Source: a virus. From it: a stretch of DNA of 64,000 nucleotides. This document shows, piece after piece, positions 42,910 through 52,302 of this stretch (the first letter of the stretch is position 1; each line of letters begins with the position of its first letter). Position numbers and translations under genes: made by a program. The stretch is from IMG/VR virus record IMGVR_UViG_3300045918_000146, positions 15,030 to 79,029 of that record; one strand, given 5' to 3'. A model generated the notes under the pieces. It searched no databases, had not been told where the DNA came from, and was given only the letters and a program-made list of their open reading frames with translations.

Positions 42910-44380
42910 AGTTGATGTCTTACAAAAACATGAGATTTTCACATTATCAAGACATACTAATGTTAAAACAGATAAGAAGCATTACAGTATTAAACTTACC
43001 GTTTGGAGTAATACTACGATACTAATAGAAACTCGAAATCTTATGGACCCATTTAGAAAATGTAAAAGTATGTATTATATCACTACGTGGAAATTCAAAA
43101 CACGAAAAGAAGCTGTACAGATGCTAACAATGACAACATTAAATGTTGTTGAAGTTACAACCTCAAGAAAGAGGCAAAACAATGTTAAATAGTGATGATC
43201 AATCTCCAGCAAATAACTTTATTATAATGTTTTGCTGCGAAGGTTTAGAAAGTATAGTTCATGTAACCGAACTAGAACACCAAAGAATATTAAATATTTT
43301 AGCTGGTAAACCTGCATCACAAACAGTACCCAGAATAGTACATTTTTTAGAACTACGAGCAAGATATAATCCTCAACGTTTCTATGAAATTTGGGCTATA
43401 AATGCAGTTGAAGGAATCACTACAGAAGATATTTCTGAAATGTTTGAGAACTGTCCACAAACTGCCGCTGATACTATACGAGGAATTGGGACACTAATAT
43501 TCGGCGAGAAAAGATCCAAAAAGAATGCCATAGTATGATGTGGGCAGTATGTGATAATAGAAGTAACAAAATAGTCGGCAAATATTGTTTAACAAGACAT
43601 GCTATAGATTCCACATATGGAGTAAGTAAGAAAACGTTCACTATAGATAAGATTGATGTTAATAAGATCGATGAATATAATGTGAAAAATTCTACAGACA
43701 AAGGATCCGGTATAACACAAATTATTGCATGGGAATGTAATTTAACCGGCGAAATATTTAAATCCAAAGAAAAATACAAGAGGCATTTGTGCGGAATCGC
43801 TTCAAAAAGAAGACAAGATAAGGTACTTATAGAACATGCACGCCAAAGAGATGTATTCTTCGCTACTATGCGAGAAACGTGTCGTTCTACAGACGATATC
43901 ACGCAGTTTATTATTAATAACTGGACGAAATTTTGCAACAATGCAATTGACAACAGTTGGCAAGCTAATGCATATACAAAACCCTACCCTACTTTAGAGG
44001 CAATTGAAATAAATGCTAGATGGAGGGAAAATGTAAGTAATTCTCATTGTTCTCCATTAACCGGTGTTACTAACTGGTCAGGAGAAGTTAAATCAGCACC
44101 CACATCATACTCTGGGTGGTATGGTAAAATCACGTATCAAACATCCGATACTAATACTTATGAATATGAATTCGATAGCAAGATGTGGAAACACACTGGA
44201 ATAAATACTGGTACTGGAGGTTATGCTGGGGGTTATTATTACGAGTTTAGCATATTTGAGGATGACTGGCCTGCTATGGCAGAGATTAACAACAAAGCAC
44301 GAGTATGGAAACAGTTAAAGAATGATACCCGCAGTATTGAAGAGATAGCAAGAGACTTAATTAAGGAAGAAAATGAATAA
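42896..44380 (+). CDS. Three hypothetical ORFs (42896-43192, 43182-43538, 43535-44380)
   Basis: ORF track; coupled junctions. Confidence 0.55.
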
Positions 44381-44975
44381 GAAAGGAAATAGACGAGAGT
44401 ATTACTTTACATCAGATCTTCACCTGAGTCACAGAAATATTATCAAATACTCAAATAGACCGTTTGCCAACGCCGCCGAAATGAATGAGGTTCTAATTAA
44501 AAATTGGAACAGTGTAGTCTCTCCAGATGACATAATTTATATACTAGGGGATGTAGCTTTTGAAAAAGATATTGAAAAACTTGATTGGTATTTATCTAGA
44601 CTTCAAGGAGAAAAACATATAGTTTGGGGTAATCACGACACCTTATTACAAAATAACATTCCTCTTCGTAAGAAACACTTCAAGACAACACATGACTTAG
44701 TAAGGATTTTTGTTCCTCCAGAATCCAATAATGACAAAGGTCAAGGTATTACATTATGTCATTATGCTATGCGCACCTGGCCTAGTTCGCATTGGGGGGA
44801 ATTTGCGCTTCACGGGCATTCGCATGGTACATTACTAGATGATCCGAATCTATTAAGTGTAGACGTAGGGGTTGATTGTTGGAACTACACGCCAGTATCA
44901 ATGAAACAGATCAATGAAGTAATGAGTAAGAAAACATTTAAACCTATAGATCACCCTGTTAATTCTAGAGAGTGA
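44373..44975 (+). CDS. Calcineurin-like metallophosphoesterase
   Basis: SDLHLSH, LGD, GNHD, CHY, LHGHSH. Confidence 0.9.
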   Translation: MNKKGNRREYYFTSDLHLSHRNIIKYSNRPFANAAEMNEVLIKNWNSVVSPDDIIYILGDVAFEKDIEKLDWYLSRLQGEKHIVWGNHDTLLQNNIPLRKKHFKTTHDLVRIFVPPESNNDKGQGITLCHYAMRTWPSSHWGEFALHGHSHGTLLDDPNLLSVDVGVDCWNYTPVSMKQINEVMSKKTFKPIDHPVNSRE

Positions 44976-44981
44976 TACTTA

Positions 44982-46274
44982 CTATTTTAAGTCATGTAAG
45001 TACATCTTTTGAGCTGACATTTTATCAAGTTCAACTATCTTAGCTTCTATCTTAACAATTTCATTCTCTAAATCTTGTATTTCTTCAAACTGTAAATTAT
45101 AGATCCGTATAGATAATAAATCTGTAATATTTACAAATTTTTCTTTCTCTAATCGTAAAATAATATCTGCCTTTTTAGTCTCACTAAACCATTTAGTGTT
45201 CTTCAAGAAAAATTTAATAAACCTAATTTTTTCTTCGGCCCACGCATACTCTTCTGCTAATATATCAAGCTGTTTTAATCTACGATCTTCATATTTAGCT
45301 AAACGAACAGCAACAAAATGTTCTATTAATTCTTCTGGCTGTTCAAAATATTTAATCTTGTTATTCTCTGTCCATACTGTTATGTTTTCTGACTCTCTCG
45401 TTACTAACTTTAATTTGTCAAGTAAAGTATCGTCGTCTTGTGCAATCCATGCTCTAGATGCATAAATTAATATCTCCCATCCCTGATCTGTTGAGTTATC
45501 GTCGTAGTCTTTAATTTCATCCTTATCGATTAACTTAGCTAATTCTACTTTATACGACTCAATGTTGTGTCCTATAGGTAATGCTGTTATTTTAATAGTA
45601 GTTGAACTATTACGAATAAATTTTCCTATAAAGGTAGTTTGACAGTTTTCTTTACTTACGGTGCCCGTGTAACCGTTATACCAAGGAGTCATCTTCTTTT
45701 GTTTCTTATTAGCTAACACTAATTTTACGTTAGCTACTATATCGTCTGGATTATAGTTTAGTATTTTACATGCGTATCCCGTAGCAATACCTGATATGCC
45801 ATTAAATAGAATAGTAGGTACTATAGGAATATAAAACTTCGGTTCTATTTTTTCTCCATCTTCGTATTCATATTCAAGTATTAGATCATCTTCTTTCTTA
45901 AACCATTTACGAAAATTTGGGTTTGACTCAACAGAAATGTAACGTCCTGATGCTGCCGAAGCATTTAATAAGTTTCCAAACTGCCCAATAGGTGTAATAA
46001 AATTTACGTTATTTGATGTAGGAAAATCCTGTGCTAACCCAACTAATACTCCTTCTAAATTCACCGATCCATGATGGAAACAAGTAAACCCTGCTATCTC
46101 ACTTGCGTAACGTTCAACGGTATTTTTCTTATTCTTAACAATAAGAGTATATATTGCTTTGCGCTGACTTATTTTAAATCCATCCATAAGGTTTGGTATA
46201 TTAATTTTACAGTCATACGTTGAAAATGACTTAAACCCTGTATTTAAAAAATTCTTAATCTGTAACTTATTCAA
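44982..46274 (-). CDS. Type II DNA topoisomerase, breakage-reunion subunit (gp52/GyrA-like)
   Basis: DGFKISQRK, HHGS, GQFG, SGRYI catalytic Tyr, NGISGIATGY. Confidence 0.93.
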   Translation of the reverse strand: MNKLQIKNFLNTGFKSFSTYDCKINIPNLMDGFKISQRKAIYTLIVKNKKNTVERYASEIAGFTCFHHGSVNLEGVLVGLAQDFPTSNNVNFITPIGQFGNLLNASAASGRYISVESNPNFRKWFKKEDDLILEYEYEDGEKIEPKFYIPIVPTILFNGISGIATGYACKILNYNPDDIVANVKLVLANKKQKKMTPWYNGYTGTVSKENCQTTFIGKFIRNSSTTIKITALPIGHNIESYKVELAKLIDKDEIKDYDDNSTDQGWEILIYASRAWIAQDDDTLLDKLKLVTRESENITVWTENNKIKYFEQPEELIEHFVAVRLAKYEDRRLKQLDILAEEYAWAEEKIRFIKFFLKNTKWFSETKKADIILRLEKEKFVNITDLLSIRIYNLQFEEIQDLENEIVKIEAKIVELDKMSAQKMYLHDLK

Positions 46275-46290
46275 AATTAGTTCTCCAATA

Positions 46291-48156
46291 TTATTCTAAA
46301 TCTAACCATACCTTACGTTTATCGCTAAATCCCGTATCTTTAAGGAAACACAAATCTAAAGTTTCCCCGTCTTGATCATCTTTATATTCAAACTGTACTA
46401 AATATTGATCAATATTTTTCATGTAATTTTTAAACATAGCTGTAGTAGATGAACCCAATCCTTTCAAAAAAGCATATTCGTATTTTTCTCCTGGATGCTT
46501 ATTGCGCCATTCTTCAAACTCATGTTCTGTGAAAAACTCAAGATTTTGTTTTTTATACTGCACCGAGACTACAGGTGTAATTAACCTATATAGTTTACCG
46601 GACGATATTATTTCAGGCCATAGACGATAAAACATATTAATAATTAACCCTGCAATAGAATGCCCAAATTCGTCTGCATCAGACGCAATAACAATAGCAC
46701 CAAAGTTTAAATTATTAACATCTGCCTTCTCTCCATACTTTAGGCCAATTAACATTCTTACGTTCTCAAATTCTTCGTTTTCTTTAACTTTTGCAAAGGT
46801 AGTCGCTGATACGTTAATTGGTCTACCACGTAAAGGAAACGCTGCATGTAACTTTGGATCTCTTGCACCTAGTATAGAACTACACGCCGAGTCTCCTTCT
46901 GCAAGTAATAACATAGTTTTACTGCGATCTTTCTCTGTTGCATCATGAAACTTCTTAACTTTCTTAAGATTAATCTTGTCTGTATCTTTGTTTAGTTTCC
47001 TCATATCGGCTAATTGTACGGCATGTTGTTTAGCTTCTACCCAGTCTAATACGGATTGTATTATTGGGGATTTAATAATCTTATTGACGATACGCTCAGA
47101 TACTTCATATGTAGTACCAAATGATTTTGATTCAGTAATTAGATCTTCTTTTGTTTGCGAAGAATATCTAGGTCTAATGATAGTTGCATTAATAAACAGC
47201 ATAAAATGTTGACGAATTTGACTTGGCGTAATATCAATTTTATTCTTTTTCTTAAAATACTCACGTAATTTAAGAGTAATTTGATCTGAGATATACGATA
47301 CATGATTACCGCCTATGCTTGTTTCCGTCCCATTTACAAATGACACATGCTCGAACCCATCTGACGCATGTGAAATACCAATCTTCCAATTATCATTCTC
47401 GTCATATACGAACTCGTTAGTATACATAGAAATATAATCTTCAAATGCTTTAATTTTAATATGTGTACCATTCAAATATACTTTGAGATTAGGATTACAT
47501 CCCGCAACATCATATACACGCTTAACTAATTTGTCATAATTTCCAGTATCTAACTTAGTTAGGCCAAATTTAGAATAATCGGGGGTCCAAGTAATCTCTG
47601 TATAATGTTTATCAGACAGTTTAATTTTTGGTGTAGTCTTTTTACGTGAATTTTCTAAATGTACTTGATCAAATGAATTCTTTCCGTCTGCTGTTTTAAC
47701 ATGGAACGACGTACTAAAAATACAAGTAAGTCCTGCACCCTCCCCGTTCTGACCCGTGGTAACTGAATCTTCATCGTCGTTAAAATTAGAGCCTGCACGT
47801 AGCTCAAATATCATCTCTGGAATCCATTGATCGTGTTCTTTATGTTTCACAACATGTATTCCACCATTATCCCATATAGACATTTCACCAGTTGCTTGGT
47901 TTAATGTTACTTTAATAGTATTTAGATGTTTACCGTCTGTTGTTTTTGCGAAGTCAACTGAATTAGAAATGATTTCGTCAAACGTTTTAATTAATGCAGG
48001 ACACCAAGTAGCATCGCGCTTTGAGATTGTGTTATCTGAATTCACCAAATAAGTATTAGCTGTATGCGGGGCAATAGACCCTAGATACCTGCCTGGTCGT
48101 AATAAGCAATGTTCTATTTCGTCTAATTTTTGGAAACGTTCTTCTATAGTTTTCAT
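46291..48156 (-). CDS. Type II DNA topoisomerase, ATPase+TOPRIM subunit (gp39/60, GyrB-like)
   Basis: EHCLLRP..Y.GS, FDEIISNSVD, GQNGEG, EGDSA, PLRG, DADEFG, KGLG. Confidence 0.95.
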   Translation of the reverse strand: MKTIEERFQKLDEIEHCLLRPGRYLGSIAPHTANTYLVNSDNTISKRDATWCPALIKTFDEIISNSVDFAKTTDGKHLNTIKVTLNQATGEMSIWDNGGIHVVKHKEHDQWIPEMIFELRAGSNFNDDEDSVTTGQNGEGAGLTCIFSTSFHVKTADGKNSFDQVHLENSRKKTTPKIKLSDKHYTEITWTPDYSKFGLTKLDTGNYDKLVKRVYDVAGCNPNLKVYLNGTHIKIKAFEDYISMYTNEFVYDENDNWKIGISHASDGFEHVSFVNGTETSIGGNHVSYISDQITLKLREYFKKKNKIDITPSQIRQHFMLFINATIIRPRYSSQTKEDLITESKSFGTTYEVSERIVNKIIKSPIIQSVLDWVEAKQHAVQLADMRKLNKDTDKINLKKVKKFHDATEKDRSKTMLLLAEGDSACSSILGARDPKLHAAFPLRGRPINVSATTFAKVKENEEFENVRMLIGLKYGEKADVNNLNFGAIVIASDADEFGHSIAGLIINMFYRLWPEIISSGKLYRLITPVVSVQYKKQNLEFFTEHEFEEWRNKHPGEKYEYAFLKGLGSSTTAMFKNYMKNIDQYLVQFEYKDDQDGETLDLCFLKDTGFSDKRKVWLDLE

Positions 48157-48200
48157 TCGTCGTTAATCCTTTAATGCTAATATATATTATTTACTCGAAA

Positions 48201-48245
48201 GAGCAGAAAGCCCAAATAATCTTTAGTCCTTGGGATGAATGCGAC
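48201..48245 (+). mobile_element. Possible IS200/IS605-type end remnant
   Basis: GAAAGCCCAA..CTTTAG..TTGGGATGAATGCG hairpin pattern; no transposase. Confidence 0.3.
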
Positions 48246-48333
48246 AGGTTTTTTAATCAAATTATCTCACAATTGAATTGTTAACCATTTGAGTTGATTA
48301 TTACGGTAACCAGTAGTAATATAATACTACTTA

Positions 48334-48559
48334 GGGATAGTTACAGCAATTAAAAACCTACTCAAATGCTATAGACGGTAGATAGAGATATCGTGTAATC
48401 TACCAATAGAATAGCTATTGTTAGCCAGAAGAACTAGCGGTGTGGGTGACTCAAACCCAATAGTGTTCAGGCGAAAACTGAACTATAGCGGCAGGGATGA
48501 TGAAAGCCGCAAGAAACAATAATTAAAACATTTACCCTAACCTAACCTATCCTATCCCG
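48334..48559 (+). ncRNA. Structured RNA unit 1 of CAGCA-motif array
   Basis: GGGATAG(48334-40)/CTATCCC(48552-58) closing stem, TTACAGCAA, five internal hairpins. Confidence 0.7.
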
Positions 48560-48614
48560 CACATTATGATTTAGAAAGGCCTACTATGTTTCAATGGGTT
48601 AAAAAACTTATACC

Positions 48615-48659
48615 ATCAAAGAGATCAAAGAGATCAAAGAGATCAAAGAGATCAACGAG
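48615..48659 (+). repeat. 9-bp tandem repeat ATCAAAGAG x5 (last copy imperfect) in a disrupted ORF
   Basis: Read directly from sequence. Confidence 0.9.
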
Positions 48660-48874
48660 TTAGCGTTAGGCAAAAACGAGATACACGTAATTAAACTTAA
48701 AAGTAATAACATGCCAAACAGCACATGGCAGGAACATGCAACCGATGTTAAAAATATGTTCCAACTATTACTGTTGTCATAACAAATAATAGTTATTAGC
48801 GAAGATGTGGAATTATCAACAATTAAGAAAGATAAGTTACCAGGTAATTTACATCCAATTGGTTAATTAATGTA

Positions 48875-48903
48875 TTGACACACAGACATTATTAATGTAC
48901 TAT
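48875..48903 (+). promoter_or_regulatory. sigma70-type promoter upstream of RNA units 2-4
   Basis: TTGACA-17 nt-TACTAT with extended TG; no ORF follows for about 300 nt. Confidence 0.75.
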
Positions 48904-48934
48904 TAATACACTTAAACAACAGCTTTAAGTTTTA

Positions 48935-49011
48935 AGAGTGGTTACAGCAACAAATACATATTAGAGTCAGCAGACGATCTGACATAAATAAACGGGTCAA
49001 ACCCCACTCTG
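48935..49011 (+). ncRNA. Structured RNA unit 2
   Basis: AGAGTGG/CCACTCT stem, TTACAGCAA, hairpins GTCAG/CTGAC and GGG-TCAAA-CCC. Confidence 0.75.
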
Positions 49012-49020
49012 TTAGTATTT

Positions 49021-49124
49021 AGGATAGATTCAGCAAACAAACTACTATAGAAAAAGATAAGTACGTGATTATCTTAACTTGAGACAACGTTCCTCAAGCA
49101 AAATCAATCGGAACAGCTATCCTG
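49021..49124 (+). ncRNA. Structured RNA unit 3
   Basis: AGGATAG/CTATCCT stem, ATTCAGCAA, hairpins AAGATAA/TTATCTT and CTTGAG/CTCAAG. Confidence 0.75.
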
Positions 49125-49132
49125 CTTAATTA

Positions 49133-49196
49133 AGGTTGCATTCAGCATTTAAAAACTATTGAAAGACTGTACGGTCACAAAGCGTATAGCAACCTG
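49133..49196 (+). ncRNA. Structured RNA unit 4
   Basis: AGGTTGC/GCAACCT stem, ATTCAGCAT, small GACT/GGTC hairpin. Confidence 0.7.
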
Positions 49197-49210
49197 ATAA
49201 GGAATTTGGT

Positions 49211-49402
49211 ATGACACGAGAGAACATAACAGAATACAAATATCCACCGATTTCAGATCAAGAATTCGAAGTTTGGAAAAAAGGTTGGGACGAAAAAAAT
49301 CCTATTCCTGAACAAATACGCGATTATATGACTCGTGTAGTTTTTAAAAGAATTAATAGATCGCTAGACGATTTAGATGACTTAATTCGAAGTAGTAAAT
49401 GA
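49211..49402 (+). CDS. Hypothetical protein directly downstream of the RNA array
   Basis: AAGGA RBS, 63 aa. Confidence 0.55.
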   Translation: MTRENITEYKYPPISDQEFEVWKKGWDEKNPIPEQIRDYMTRVVFKRINRSLDDLDDLIRSSK

Positions 49403-49692
49403 GATATCAAGAAATTTTAGAAGCAACGGCTGACCAAGGAGCAATGGAGATAATTAGTCGTACTATTAACTCTTTAATAAATGCGTTAGATAATTTTGAT
49501 TTTACAGTTAAAGCGCACGGTTATGATAAAGCGGTTAGAACTATATCAACCGCTTTAAACGAGTCATATAGTTTAGATTGGTATATTAAATTTTTAACTA
49601 CTGAATCAGAAAATATAAAAGTAACTAAGTCTCTTATTAAGTTAGATACAATAAGAAATACTATTAAACAAAAGATTAAATCGGGAGTATGA
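49399..49692 (+). CDS. Hypothetical protein with capsid-targeting-like N-terminus; probable paralog of 3508..3852
   Basis: MRYQEILE; KAHGY, KIKSGV. Confidence 0.55.
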   Translation: MRYQEILEATADQGAMEIISRTINSLINALDNFDFTVKAHGYDKAVRTISTALNESYSLDWYIKFLTTESENIKVTKSLIKLDTIRNTIKQKIKSGV

Positions 49693-50351
49693 CGAAGTAT
49701 ATTATATCAATTAAAGACACCCTGTTAAAATGTTCATACAGTCCTGTAACTTTAACTGTTGGCGATTTTAAAGAAATGTACAAAGAGGTATTTTGAGAAC
49801 GAATCAGAGCCACTGAGTCAACACGGGGGAATATAGATGACAAAAACTTATAGAATTAGACAACTATGCTCATCTCTCAAAAGAGGACCAAGCATTGCGT
49901 AAACAGATTGATGCAGGAGATGACATTAATCAAAACAATTTATAAAACCTATTCCCACAGAGGGAGAAGCACTAAGATTAAAGGATTTGAAAGAAATAAA
50001 TGCAGGGTTAATTGAATTATGCAATTTCTTAAAGAACCATCTGATAAAACATGGTAAGATTTAAAGTTAATGCAAAAAGTCATGTAATTGATAGTAATAT
50101 ATGTACTCATGCATTACAATTATTAGATTTCTATGAGAAATCAGCTACAACGTTAGATAATTTAGAGAAGCATTATCTAAGAATCAAAATAGATAAGTTA
50201 CTTGTTATAACTGAAGAAAAATTTTATCCAGAGTCTCGAACATATCAGATATTATGTTATTTACGAAATAGGTTACTAATACAAACGAAGATAAACTATT
50301 AGTAGATATTAAGAAATTAGCAGGAATTATAACTCACAACGGAGAAGAGAA

Positions 50352-51764
50352 ATGACAACTTTTGCACAAGCAACCACACAAACACCAGTAATCCGCGAAA
50401 CCAATAACGGCATGAAAACATTGTTATCAAGTCTCAGTGAATGTGTTAACCTCTTTTTTGCAATTGGCGCAAGCCGCGGAAAAGATATTACTGCTATGTT
50501 CGAACGTGCATATCAAGAAGATCGTGTAACAGCATTACGTATTTTAGCTTGGAGTCGCGATGTTAGGGGAGGTGCAGGGGAGCGTAGTACTTATAGAGCA
50601 TTACTAAAATTTATCGAATCCAATCATCCGCAAGAAATTAGACAAATGGTTAACATTACTCCGGTAATTGGGCGCGCCGATGATTTGTTGGTGTTTAATA
50701 CGCCTGCTGCTAAAACTGCCGCATATGATGTTTTCAAAGACGAGATTATGATTAAGCACTCACAATTATTTGCGAAATGGGCTCCTCGAGAAAAATCGTC
50801 TAAAGGTGCTATTGCATCTGAATTACGTAAGCACATGGGCCTAGACGCAAAAGCTTATCGTAAGCTATTGTCAAGTTTAACAAAGGTTGTAGAGAATAAA
50901 ATGTGTGCTGGGCAATGGACAGACATTGAGTATTCTCATGTACCATCGGTTGCAGGGGCGAGACTTCAAAAAGCTTTTGGCAAACATGACCCAGATGGTT
51001 ATTCTTCTTTTAAAGAAAAGCTTGTAACTGGCGAAGTAAAAATCAACTCAAAAGCACTGTATCCATATGATGTATTAAAGTCTATTCGTTCAGGGGATCA
51101 AGATGTTGCTAAAGCACAATGGGATGCACTTGAGAATTTTATCGGAGATGCAAAAGTGTTGCCAGTAGTAGACGTGTCTGGTAGTATGTGTATACTAGTT
51201 GGAGGGAACAAAAATCTAACTTGTTTAGACGTATCTATATCATTGGGTCTATATTGCGCAGATAAGAATACTGGGCCATTTAAGGATTGTTTTTTGACCT
51301 TTAGTACTCGTAGTAAGATCGAGGTTTTACGCGGCGATATACTTGCTAAGTATACACAATTAATTGATGCAGACTGGGATATGACCACTAATCTAAACTC
51401 AGCATTTGAAGAAATTCTACGTGTTGGTAAGACTAATAGTGTGTTAGAAGCTGATATGCCAAAGATTGTACTGATTCTTTCAGATATGGAATTTGATAGA
51501 TGTGTCACAAATGCAGACAATACGGCGTATGACATGATTACTTCTAAGTACAATGAGTCTGGTTACGAGTTACCAAAAGTTGTTTTTTGGAACTTAAATG
51601 CTAGAAGCGAGAACGTTCCTGTAAGGTTTGATACACGAGGAACAGCGTTAGTATCTGGTTTTAGTCCTTCGATCTTAAAGTCGATACTCGGAGCAAAAGA
51701 GTTTACGCCAGCATCAATTATGTTAGATACTGTAAATGTTTCGCGTTATGAGGTAATTGTATGA
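50352..51764 (+). CDS. DUF2828-type Ro60/TROVE-like protein with C-terminal vWA domain
   Basis: RDVRGGAGER, AKWAPRE, YSHVPS, LYPYDV, MIDAS DVSGS, LSDMEFD, FWNL, VSGFSP. Confidence 0.85.
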   Translation: MTTFAQATTQTPVIRETNNGMKTLLSSLSECVNLFFAIGASRGKDITAMFERAYQEDRVTALRILAWSRDVRGGAGERSTYRALLKFIESNHPQEIRQMVNITPVIGRADDLLVFNTPAAKTAAYDVFKDEIMIKHSQLFAKWAPREKSSKGAIASELRKHMGLDAKAYRKLLSSLTKVVENKMCAGQWTDIEYSHVPSVAGARLQKAFGKHDPDGYSSFKEKLVTGEVKINSKALYPYDVLKSIRSGDQDVAKAQWDALENFIGDAKVLPVVDVSGSMCILVGGNKNLTCLDVSISLGLYCADKNTGPFKDCFLTFSTRSKIEVLRGDILAKYTQLIDADWDMTTNLNSAFEEILRVGKTNSVLEADMPKIVLILSDMEFDRCVTNADNTAYDMITSKYNESGYELPKVVFWNLNARSENVPVRFDTRGTALVSGFSPSILKSILGAKEFTPASIMLDTVNVSRYEVIV

Positions 51765-52018
51765 GTTACAATTATAGTCAAATAAACTTATTAAGTGAAG
51801 AGCTTGCTACTTATGCTAAACTTGACGGGACAGAAATCGGAGAGGCGTGTGATATTCTTTGTCGTTTATCTCATTATCCAGATTACATTAGTGAAGAGTT
51901 TTTAACGTCATTAGTAAAAGAAATGCGTACAGCGTTAGATATGTTTAAGACACAAACTGTTATTGTAGAAAAAGAAGAAACTTATACTAGAAAGACCGTT
52001 GTGTTGGATTGGCTTTAA
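51761..52018 (+). CDS. Hypothetical protein
   Basis: Coupled to upstream stop. Confidence 0.6.
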   Translation: MSYNYSQINLLSEELATYAKLDGTEIGEACDILCRLSHYPDYISEEFLTSLVKEMRTALDMFKTQTVIVEKEETYTRKTVVLDWL

Positions 52019-52040
52019 TACTTTTTAATTAGGAGGAACT

Positions 52041-52268
52041 ATGTCTTTAAATCATGATTTAAAAATTGAAATATCAGGAGCAGATAAGTCAGGTAAGGGG
52101 CATTTGATTGCTTTAATTGCCAATTATTTAACTGATGTAGGATGTGTTGTTACTGTACAAGGAGCAACCGGCCATAATGCACCAAAGTTAGCCAAAGAAA
52201 AGCAAGAATTGCTTAACCGATTGCAAAATTCTAAAATAGTAATAACAGAAATGCAAACGTCGAAATAA
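52041..52268 (+). CDS. Mini P-loop protein (75 aa)
   Basis: IEISGADKSGKG; AGGAGG RBS. Confidence 0.55.
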   Translation: MSLNHDLKIEISGADKSGKGHLIALIANYLTDVGCVVTVQGATGHNAPKLAKEKQELLNRLQNSKIVITEMQTSK

Positions 52269-52302
52269 AACCGTAGTAAATTTTAACTTAAAGGAGAAGT
52301 AA

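Noticed and set aside
48334-49196. CRISPR array or tRNA cluster
   Set aside because: Only about 9 nt are conserved in sequence, spacing is irregular and no cas genes are present. The units lack D-arm/anticodon/T-arm geometry, GTTCRA and CCA, although unit 2 is tRNA-sized.
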